Shown here piece after piece: positions 25,451 to 32,000 of a DNA stretch of 32,000 nucleotides. How positions within the stretch are numbered: position 1 is the first letter of the stretch; each line of letters begins with the position of its first letter. The DNA is taken from the NCBI RefSeq assembly GCF_003945235.1, contig NZ_RSDW01000001.1:1110001-1142000 (forward strand), given 5' to 3'. The translations under genes and the position numbers were made by a program. This stretch comes from Edaphobacter aggregans (GTDB lineage Bacteria; Acidobacteriota; Terriglobia; Terriglobales; Acidobacteriaceae). A model generated the notes under the pieces. That model was not told the DNA's origin and made no database searches. It saw only the letters and a program-made list of their open reading frames with translations.

Positions 25451-26134
25451 TCAATTTCCGCTTACGAATTTATAACCAATGCCGTGCATTGTGCGGAAAT
25501 AAACGGGCTTCGCCGGGTCAGCCTCGAGCTTCTGTCGCAACTTCATGACCTGGTTATCGACTGTACGAGTAGTCGGATAAGAAGTGTACCCCCACACATC
25601 ATTCAGCAGCTCCTCACGGGTAACCACACGTTCAGGATGATCGACAAAATACTTCAGCAGCTTGATCTCGTGCGCAGTGAGAACGACTGGGGAACCGTTT
25701 TTGAAGACCTCCATTCCAGAGAAATCAGCCGTAATATTTCCGAAGCTCACGCGGTGATTTTCTACGGGCTTCTGGGTTCGGCGAATGGCTGCCTGAACGC
25801 GCGCCATCAACTCGCGCGGACTGAAGGGCTTGGTGACATAGTCATCGGCGCCCAGTTCGAGTAATAGCACTTTGTCAGCAACTTCAGAGACCGCACTCAG
25901 CACGACCACCGGAATATTCGACGACCATGTCTTGATCTCCCGGCAGACTTCGCGGCCAGACATGCCGGGCAGCATCAGATCAAGGACAACACCTGCGGGC
26001 TTCATGCTCTTGCAGGCTTCCAGACCTTGCATCCCGTCGCCTGTCACATGAACGTCGTACCCTTCCGAGGCGAACTGCCTGTGAAGCGCTTTCTGAATCC
26101 TTGGGTCATCTTCTATTACCAGAATCATGCTCAT
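25451..26134 (-). CDS. OmpR/PhoB-family response regulator (receiver + winged-helix)
   Basis: The ATG at 26134 has GGAG 10 nt upstream. The receiver domain reads MSMILVIEDD..VVLDLMLPGMSG..KPF. The C-terminal winged helix reads LTAHEIKLLKYF..RTVDNQVMKLRQKLE..FRTMHGIGYKF. Confidence 0.92.
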   Translation of the reverse strand: MSMILVIEDDPRIQKALHRQFASEGYDVHVTGDGMQGLEACKSMKPAGVVLDLMLPGMSGREVCREIKTWSSNIPVVVLSAVSEVADKVLLLELGADDYVTKPFSPRELMARVQAAIRRTQKPVENHRVSFGNITADFSGMEVFKNGSPVVLTAHEIKLLKYFVDHPERVVTREELLNDVWGYTSYPTTRTVDNQVMKLRQKLEADPAKPVYFRTMHGIGYKFVSGN

Positions 26135-26193
26135 TTCATGCCATCTCCGGAGAGCGTTACAGCCCTGACTCTCAATGCCTGTCTCTTTATATA

Positions 26194-26205
26194 ACGTTTA
26201 AACGT
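26194..26205. promoter_or_regulatory. Perfect 12-bp palindrome ACGTTTAAACGT upstream of the regulator gene
   Basis: It was read directly from the sequence. It lies 60-71 nt upstream of the regulator ATG and abuts TTATATAAAG (a -10-like box) on the minus strand. Function is unknown. Confidence 0.25.
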
Positions 26206-26303
26206 GACTGATTTGAGCCATCGCCCCCAGATGCAATTGGATACGATCAAATAACAACCTGGAGACATCGTGGTGACATTCGTCTTCAGGTTTTGACCTG
26301 TTA

Positions 26304-26410
26304 CAGATATCGCTCGTTCAACGACATACTCTTTCGTTGACTGAACGAAGCCAAATCAAAGAAAAGCGGCCACGCTCGTTAGAGCAAAGCTGGCCGCTGT
26401 TCGATATCTG
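26304..26410. other. 107-bp nested inverted-repeat element (closing 9-bp stem plus two internal hairpins)
   Basis: CAGATATCG (26304-26312) is the exact reverse complement of CGATATCTG (26402-26410). Between them lie hairpin A (arms within 26314-26324 and 26334-26348, 9-nt loop), an A-rich 17-nt linker and hairpin B (AGCGGCCA 26365-26372 with TGGCCGCT 26391-26398, inner GCTC/GAGC). Confidence 0.45.
26351..26398 (-). terminator. Intrinsic-terminator-like hairpin (minus-strand sense)
   Basis: On the minus strand the sequence reads AGCGGCCAgctttGCTCtaacGAGCgTGGCCGCT, followed by TTTCTTTGATTT. That is an 8-bp GC-rich stem plus a 4-bp inner stem, then a T-rich tract. It lies 217 nt upstream of the regulator start codon, inside the divergent intergenic region. 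Confidence 0.5.
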
Positions 26411-26622
26411 ATATCCAACCTGCGATCCCTGGTCTCACAAACGGCGACACGGCCACCCATCCCATTGCCGCGCTGGAGAATGGCCCATTCGTGCTATGGA
26501 ACTCGCAAGTGTTGGAAGAATATATAGTTAGGGGACACCTTAGCACCACTGCGCCTACACTTTGGGTCGCTGGAACCCTGCTCGAAACAACATGCACTCT
26601 TAACTGTCTTGGATGGGATTTG

Positions 26623-29600
26623 ATGTTTGGTAAAGCTTTTGTTGTTTTGTCTGCCGTTCTGCCTTCGCGTGGGTTTGGACGCCGTCTTCCGCAGATTCTC
26701 TTCCCTGGGATCCTTCTTCCGTTCCTCTTCGCAGGCCATGCCAGCGCGGCGACGCTTACTGTCACCACTCTGAGCGATAGCGGTGCGGGCTCATTGCGCG
26801 CGGCCATCACCAGCGCCAGCCCAGGAGACACGATCGTCTTCTCGTCCGGACTTACTGGCACCATCACGCTCGCCAGTGCGCTGCCGGCGATCAACGCCAA
26901 TCTCACGATTCAGGGACCGGGTGCAGGCAGCCTGACGATCTCCGGAAATAACGCCGTCACAGTATTCACGATCAATTCCGGAACGGTCGGCATCTCCGGG
27001 CTGAATATTGCTAACGGAAACGCCACCCACGGCGGCGGCATCTACAACCAGACAGGTACGCTTACGGTGAGCCAGTGCACCTTCTCCGGCAACGTGGCGA
27101 GCAGTTACGGCGGAGCCATCTTCAACGACGGCCCTATGACAGTGCTCAACAGCACCTTCTCCAGTAACTCCGCATTTGGTGGCGGGGCCATCGAAAACTA
27201 TCCCTCTGGCACGCTGACGGTGAGTGGCAGCCTTTTCTCCAATAATTCAGCAGTAAGTTACATTGGCGGCGGTATTGCCAACGAGGGTGGCATCGCGACG
27301 GTGGTTGACAGCACTTTTGCCAACGACTCCGCAAATTACGGAGGTGGCGGTATTGCTAACGAGACTGGCACCGCGACAGTACTCGACAGCACCTTTTCGA
27401 GCAACTCCGGTGGGGCTATCTACAACACGAGCCTTCCTGGTCTACCTGCCACGCTGACAGTAAACAACAGCCTCTTCTCCGGGAACTCCGGACTCCTCAG
27501 CGGCTCCATTGAAAACAACACCGCTACAGGTTCTTCCATCGCTAACGCCAACTACAACGTCTATTGGCAGAACACCGATGTAATGGATTGCGATAACTGC
27601 ACCTCTAACAACAATGCCATCAGCAACGATCCAAAGCTGACATCGCTCGGCAACTACGGCGGCCCGACCCACACGATGCTCCCTCAACCGGGCAGCGCAG
27701 CGATCTGCGCGGGCAGCGCGGCACTGGCCAAAGACGCCAATGGCAATCCTCTGACCATCGATCAGCGCGGCCTTCCGCTGAACTCCTCGTGCGTAGATGC
27801 CGGAGCCGTCCAGACCAACTACCTCCTGGTGAATACCACCAACGACTCCAACGACGGCTCCTGCGGAAGCACATGCTCTCTACGCGACGCAATCGCGCAG
27901 GCCAACTCGAACGGCGCCGGGGACATCGCCTTCCAATTGAGCACTCCAAGCACCATCACGCTGAGCAGCACGCTCGGCACGCTGACTTCAACCGCGCAGG
28001 TTAACATCCTCGGGCCGGGCGCGGACAGCCTCATCATCTCCGGCAACAACGCTGTTACCGTCCTCACGATCAACTCCGGCTCGATGACCCTCTCAGGAGT
28101 AACGATCGCCAATGGAAACGGAGTCGCGGGCGGCATCTTCAACTATGGCACGCTATCGGTGACCAACAGCACCTTTTCCGGCAACTCCTCTCCGTCCGGT
28201 GCAGGAGGAGGTATCGAAAATCAGGGTACGCTGACGGTGACTGGCAGCACCTTTTCCAACAATTCTGCTCTCTATGGCGGCGGCATCCTCATTAATGTTG
28301 GCACTGCGACCGTGCTCAACAGCACATTCTCCAACAACTCCGCTTACGAAGGTGGCGGCATCGATAACAATGCCGGTACTGCGACCGTGCTCAACAGCAC
28401 ATTCTCCAACAACTCCGCGTCCGGTTACGGCGGAGGCATCTATAACAGCGGTGTGTTGTCAGCGAGTAACAGCCTCTTCTACAACAATTCCACTCTCAAT
28501 TGGGGTGCCGGCATCGAGAACAATGGCGGTACCGCGAACGCCAGCTATAACGTCTATTGGCAGAACACTATCCCCGGCGGTGGCACGAGCAACTGCAATT
28601 ACTGCACCTCTGATAACAACGGCGTCACCAGCGACACGAAGCTCGCCGCACTGGGCAGCTATGGCGGCCCAACCCAGACCATACTTCCTCTGCCGGGAAG
28701 CGCAGCCATCTGCGCCAGTTCCACCGCACTGGTTCCCGCGAGCCAGACCACCGATCAGCGCGGTTTCCGGCGGAATAACTCCTCCTACTCTGCCAGCACC
28801 TGCATCGATTCGGGAGCGGTCCAGACCAACTACCAGTCAGTGCAGTTTTCTGGCGCCAGCTACAGCGGAGTCGTGAACCAGGCCGTCAGTCCCGCGCCAG
28901 TCGTCTCGGTCACCGAGAACGGACAGAACATCGCCGGCGTACCGGTGACGCTCTCCTTCAGCGGAACGGGCACCGCGACCGGTCTGGGACCTGCCACGAC
29001 CGCAACTGGAGCGGGCGCAACCTTCAGCGGCCTCACAGTGGATACAGCAGGCAGCGATACGCTCTCAGCGACGCTTCAAATTACGCCAGCATACTCCATC
29101 ACCACCAACCCCAATGCGACGCTTGATATCACGATAGCAACGCAAACCATCACCTTCCCCACGCTCGCGAGCCCAGTCACATACGGGGCTTCCCCAGTCA
29201 CGTTGAACGCTACGGCGTCGTCTGGCTTGACGGTCAGCTACACCGTCTCCGGCCCGGCGACGATCAGCGGCAGCACGCTGACCTTTACCGGAGCAGGCAC
29301 TGTCGTTGTGACGGCCTCACAGGCTGGCAACTCCAGCTATAGCGCTGCGACATCGGTGCCGCAGACGATCATCGTGAACCCGGCCACGCTCTCCATAACG
29401 GTGAACAGCACGACGCGCGCCTACGGAGCAACGAATCCGACGTTCACCGGAACTCCAACAGGCTTCGTCAATGGAGACACAGCAGTCTCTACCGGGCTGA
29501 ACTACTCCTCAGCGGCCACCGCCGCCAGTCAACCTGGTACCTATACGATCACCGCCTCCTTGGGTAACCTCACTGCAGCGCAAAACTACTCGTTGAACGT

Positions 29601-31200
29601 AACGGATGGCACACTGACCGTCACTGCAGCCGCAAACACGATTACGTTCGCGCAGCTTACTCCGGTGCCCTACGGAACTCCGCCGGCCACGTTGAACGCC
29701 ACGTCCTCGTCCGGACTACCGGTAAGCTTCACCGCATCCGGCCCGGCGACCGTGAGCGGCAATCTGTTGACGATCACTGGAGCAGGCACAGTCGTCGTGA
29801 CAGCCACGCAGGCGGGCAATTCGGATTACTCCGCCGCCACACCGGTACTGCAGACGCTCACGGTAAATCCTGGGGCGGTCAGCCTGATGCTGACACCCTC
29901 GACGATCAGCGCAGCCTACGGAACGGCCATCACGCTGACCGCACAAACGACAGGAGTAGCCGGTGGAGCGTCTCCCAGCGGAGCAGTAACGTTGACGCTC
30001 GACGGAACAGCTCACACGCTGACGCTCGCCAACGGCACCGCTGCGTATAACACAGGCACCCTCCCCACGGGACAGCATACCGCCACCGCAAGTTACAACG
30101 GAGACACGAACTATCCACCGATCCCCAGCGGCGTCAGCACATCCTTCTTCATCACGCAGGGTACCCTCAACATTTCCGCAAACAACGCAACGAAGATCTA
30201 CGGAACGGCGAATCCCTCGTTCGCAGGAAGCGTGACGGGCCAGTTGAGTGGCGACAGCTTCACAGAGAGCTTCACCACTGCCGCGACGACCGCATCGAAT
30301 GTAGGAACATATGCCATCGTGCCCACAGCGAGCGGCGCCAACATCGCCAGCTACACAGTGAGCCCAACGAATGGCACACTGACGATTACGCAGGCAGCGA
30401 GCACGACAACCTTAAGCGCCAGCGCGAGTTCGGTGACCCCGAACCAGAGCCTCACACTGACCGCGCAGGTCAACTCCACCACTACGGGCACGCCGACTGG
30501 CAGCGTGCAGTTCTACAACGGCACGACCCTGTTGGGTTCGTCGTCACTGAGTGGCGGCACAGCCAGCTATACAGCCACTTCACTCACGCCCGGAGCCGCG
30601 CTCGCACTGACGGCGGTCTACCAGGGCGATACGAACTTTACGAGGTCGACCAGCGCCTCCGCAGTCAACGTCTCTGTCGCCGCGCTGGACTTCACCTTCG
30701 ACACAAGCGGAACGATCACCCAATCGACCAAGCCGGGAACAGCAGTCTCCTACACCTTTCAGATAGCCCCAATCTACGGGGCCTATCCGGCGAGCGTAAG
30801 CTTTGCTGCGAGCGGCCTGCCCACCCTTGCGACAGCAACCTTCTCGCCAGCGAGCATCCCGTCCAGCGGCGGCGCACAGACGGTAACGGTAAGTGTGCAG
30901 ACTCTCACGCCGACCATTTCGATGAAAGAACGTCCTTCGAGTGCTCGCAGAATGAGTTCGCTTGTACTGGCTCTGCTGCTACTGCCTGTCGCCGGTGCCC
31001 GACGGCTGCGACGCTCAGGGCAACGGATGGGTCGATATATCGCCGCGCTGTTGTTAGCCGCTGCTGCATTGGCTGGCTCGACCGGTTTATCCGGCTGCGG
31101 CGCTGGAGTGAACGATATTCCGGCGAACTACAGCATTACGATCACAGCCAGCAGCGGTGCAGTACAGCACAACGTTGCTGTCAACCTTGACCTGCAATAG
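26623..31200 (+). CDS. Giant secreted/cell-surface protein: two right-handed beta-helix (Pmp-like GGxI repeat) modules followed by Ig-like and MBG-like repeats (1525 aa)
   Basis: The ORF-track start at 26491 is GTG. The first ATG (26623) gives MFGKAFVVLSAVLPSRGFGRRLPQILFPGILLPFLFAGHASA, with a signal-like end before ATLTVTTLSD. Each beta-helix module has six GG[AG]I[YFEAD]N coils and starts with a LRAAI/LRDAIAQAN motif (choice-of-anchor-Q-like). Two YG(A/T)xNPxF(T/A)G MBG-like units follow, plus Ig-like units ending QAGNSxYSAAT and YNGDTNY/YQGDTNF. Confidence 0.85.
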   Translation: MFGKAFVVLSAVLPSRGFGRRLPQILFPGILLPFLFAGHASAATLTVTTLSDSGAGSLRAAITSASPGDTIVFSSGLTGTITLASALPAINANLTIQGPGAGSLTISGNNAVTVFTINSGTVGISGLNIANGNATHGGGIYNQTGTLTVSQCTFSGNVASSYGGAIFNDGPMTVLNSTFSSNSAFGGGAIENYPSGTLTVSGSLFSNNSAVSYIGGGIANEGGIATVVDSTFANDSANYGGGGIANETGTATVLDSTFSSNSGGAIYNTSLPGLPATLTVNNSLFSGNSGLLSGSIENNTATGSSIANANYNVYWQNTDVMDCDNCTSNNNAISNDPKLTSLGNYGGPTHTMLPQPGSAAICAGSAALAKDANGNPLTIDQRGLPLNSSCVDAGAVQTNYLLVNTTNDSNDGSCGSTCSLRDAIAQANSNGAGDIAFQLSTPSTITLSSTLGTLTSTAQVNILGPGADSLIISGNNAVTVLTINSGSMTLSGVTIANGNGVAGGIFNYGTLSVTNSTFSGNSSPSGAGGGIENQGTLTVTGSTFSNNSALYGGGILINVGTATVLNSTFSNNSAYEGGGIDNNAGTATVLNSTFSNNSASGYGGGIYNSGVLSASNSLFYNNSTLNWGAGIENNGGTANASYNVYWQNTIPGGGTSNCNYCTSDNNGVTSDTKLAALGSYGGPTQTILPLPGSAAICASSTALVPASQTTDQRGFRRNNSSYSASTCIDSGAVQTNYQSVQFSGASYSGVVNQAVSPAPVVSVTENGQNIAGVPVTLSFSGTGTATGLGPATTATGAGATFSGLTVDTAGSDTLSATLQITPAYSITTNPNATLDITIATQTITFPTLASPVTYGASPVTLNATASSGLTVSYTVSGPATISGSTLTFTGAGTVVVTASQAGNSSYSAATSVPQTIIVNPATLSITVNSTTRAYGATNPTFTGTPTGFVNGDTAVSTGLNYSSAATAASQPGTYTITASLGNLTAAQNYSLNVTDGTLTVTAAANTITFAQLTPVPYGTPPATLNATSSSGLPVSFTASGPATVSGNLLTITGAGTVVVTATQAGNSDYSAATPVLQTLTVNPGAVSLMLTPSTISAAYGTAITLTAQTTGVAGGASPSGAVTLTLDGTAHTLTLANGTAAYNTGTLPTGQHTATASYNGDTNYPPIPSGVSTSFFITQGTLNISANNATKIYGTANPSFAGSVTGQLSGDSFTESFTTAATTASNVGTYAIVPTASGANIASYTVSPTNGTLTITQAASTTTLSASASSVTPNQSLTLTAQVNSTTTGTPTGSVQFYNGTTLLGSSSLSGGTASYTATSLTPGAALALTAVYQGDTNFTRSTSASAVNVSVAALDFTFDTSGTITQSTKPGTAVSYTFQIAPIYGAYPASVSFAASGLPTLATATFSPASIPSSGGAQTVTVSVQTLTPTISMKERPSSARRMSSLVLALLLLPVAGARRLRRSGQRMGRYIAALLLAAAALAGSTGLSGCGAGVNDIPANYSITITASSGAVQHNVAVNLDLQ
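26749..28833 (+). repeat. Intragenic tandem duplication of a ~340-360-aa beta-helix module
   Basis: Module 1 spans 26749-27822 and module 2 spans 27823-28833. Both run LR.AI..A...GD.I.F....TITL.S.L......N..I.GPGA.SL.ISGNNAVTV.TINSG, then six GGxI coils, then NYNVYWQNT..C.NCTS.NN..S.D.KL..LG.YGGPT.T.LP.PGSAAICA.S.AL...DQRG......C.D.GAVQTNY. Confidence 0.8.
28303..28418 (+). repeat. 41-nt perfect direct repeat at 75-nt (25-codon) spacing inside module 2
   Basis: actgcgaccgtgctcaacagcacattctccaacaactccgc occurs at 28303-28343 and again at 28378-28418. It encodes TATVLNSTFSNNSA in two adjacent helix coils. Confidence 0.9.
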
Positions 31201-31207
31201 TCTGAGA

Positions 31208-31247
31208 GGTGCGAAGCGCGCTCAAACACAAGAGATTGCTTTGCACC
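31208..31247 (+). terminator. Stem-loop 8 nt after the giant gene stop (no U-tract)
   Basis: GGTGCGAAGC (31208-31217) pairs with GCTTTGCACC (31238-31247), giving 10 bp including one G-U, around a 20-nt loop. CCCAATG follows rather than a T-run. Confidence 0.3.
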
Positions 31248-31481
31248 CCCAATGATCAGGTTCTCGACAGGAAACAAATAGAGTTCTTGCCCTGTGCGCC
31301 TTCCGCCTCGCCAAAAGCACTGGCCCGCGTCCAAGAATCAGCCTCTCTGGCTTGATTCCGGCAAAGAAACTATTTCCCAATTGCACTCGTCACACTATAT
31401 AAATCTCTCGTGCCCAGGAATCTCAGCCGCCCCTCTCTGAACTCCTCCGCGCAAAGACACAGTCTCAGGAGCACCCAGCCG

Positions 31482-32000
31482 ATGCCACGCCTCCTCACCC
31501 TTCTCACCCTCGCCTCCGCGCTCTCCCCATTTGCCCGCGCCCAGAACCTCCCCACAGATCTCCCCACCTCATGGGTCGACAAGGACACCGGCCACCGCGT
31601 CATCCGCTTCACCAACGAGCCCGGCTCCTCTGGCTTCTACTTCAACGTCAACGCCTACTCCCCCGACGGTAAGCTGATGGTCTACAACGCTCCCGACGGC
31701 ATCCACACCCTCGACCTCGCCACCCGCAAGACTCGCCTCCTCATACCCAATCCGCCGCGCCCAGCCGACTCCGCCCCCGGCACTCCAGCCTACTTCCGCA
31801 ACTCCGTCCACACCGTCGTCGTCGGTCACAAGACAAACAGCGTCTTCTTCACCAAGACCGACCCCGAGACCCACCTCAGCACGGTCTACAAGGCCGACCT
31901 CTACTCCGGCGAAGTCATCAAGCTCGCGACCCTCCCAGCGCGCGCCAGCATCGCCACCGTCAACGCCGACGAGACCCTCGCCGCCGGAACCTACAACGAG
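31482..32000 (+). CDS. Secreted protein, oligogalacturonide-lyase-like / beta-propeller N-terminal region (3' end cut by window edge)
   Basis: It is absent from the ORF track because it is unterminated. The ATG at 31482 has AGGAG (31467-31471) 10 nt upstream, and 173 codons stay open to the window end. The signal peptide is MPRLLTLLTLASALSPFARAQ. WVDKDTGHRVIRFTNEPGSSGFYFNVNAYSPDGKLMVYNAPDGIHTLDLATRKTRLL follows the N-terminal pattern I recall for the oligogalacturonate lyase family (xD..TG..V.RLT....YF.....t.DGk...........l.DL.t). The family call is tentative. Confidence 0.7.
   Translation, partial: MPRLLTLLTLASALSPFARAQNLPTDLPTSWVDKDTGHRVIRFTNEPGSSGFYFNVNAYSPDGKLMVYNAPDGIHTLDLATRKTRLLIPNPPRPADSAPGTPAYFRNSVHTVVVGHKTNSVFFTKTDPETHLSTVYKADLYSGEVIKLATLPARASIATVNADETLAAGTYNE

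Noticed and set aside
26379-26906. A 175-aa minus-strand ORF spanning the start of the giant gene and the intergenic region.
   Set aside because: It is antisense to a well-supported gene over most of its length and has a low-complexity product. Only the coincidence of its stop codon with the terminator-like hairpin loop was kept, as part of the finding at 26304-26410.
30955-31014. PEP-CTERM or LPxTG-type sorting signal at the end of the giant protein.
   Set aside because: No PEP or LPxTG motif precedes the hydrophobic/Arg-rich segment, and that segment is followed by about 60 more residues, so it does not fit either known signal class.
31370-31874. Minus-strand ORFs 31370-31615 and 31569-31874.
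   Set aside because: They are antisense shadows of the unlisted plus-strand gene starting at 31482, which has an SD, a signal peptide and C-biased codons consistent with the left-hand genes.
1-32000. Search for CRISPR arrays, tRNA/rRNA genes, IS elements, integrases, toxin-antitoxin pairs and known defence genes.
   Set aside because: I saw no regularly spaced direct repeats outside the coding repeats of the giant gene. The intergenic regions are short apart from 26135-26622 and 31201-31481 and show no cloverleaf-like or rRNA-like sequence. I recognised no transposase, integrase or defence-type protein motifs in any frame.

Overview
This 32-kb chromosomal segment is probably acidobacterial. 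That is an inference from a TonB-dependent receptor with an N-terminal carboxypeptidase-regulatory-like domain, a giant beta-helix/Ig-repeat exoprotein and many Tat/Sec-exported glycan enzymes. I support 19 protein-coding genes. Two are cut by the window edges and so are missing from the supplied ORF track (1-2237 minus, 31482-32000 plus). I saw no rRNA, tRNA, CRISPR array, transposase or integrase. There are four blocks. (1) 1-10762 is a divergently transcribed redox locus: a GMC flavoenzyme, a DyP peroxidase, a di-heme c-type cytochrome lipoprotein and a catalase-related heme protein. It is organised around two paralogous ~145-aa proteins (89/143 identical by hand alignment) and two membrane proteins I cannot assign to any family. 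This is my best candidate for an undescribed system. (2) 10759-18764 is a glycan-utilisation-like set: two Tat-signal xylose-isomerase-like TIM-barrel proteins flanking a TonB-dependent receptor, plus a secreted GH31 glycosidase. (3) 18919-26134 is a tightly packed five-gene minus-strand unit: OmpR-type regulator, sensor kinase, coiled-coil-headed outer-membrane beta-barrel, amicyanin-like cupredoxin and a CPC-type copper P-type ATPase. (4) 26623-31200 is a 1525-aa secreted beta-helix/Ig/MBG-repeat protein with an internal module duplication and a signal-peptide-like insertion near its C terminus. The 488-bp region between blocks 3 and 4 holds a nested inverted-repeat element that includes a terminator-like hairpin. 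The ORF track uses TTG/GTG as well as ATG starts, and I revised several starts using Shine-Dalgarno (SD) sites and paralog alignment. Codon third-position usage changes visibly at about 7.7 kb and again at about 31.3 kb. All calls come from reading the sequence by hand; no database search was run.
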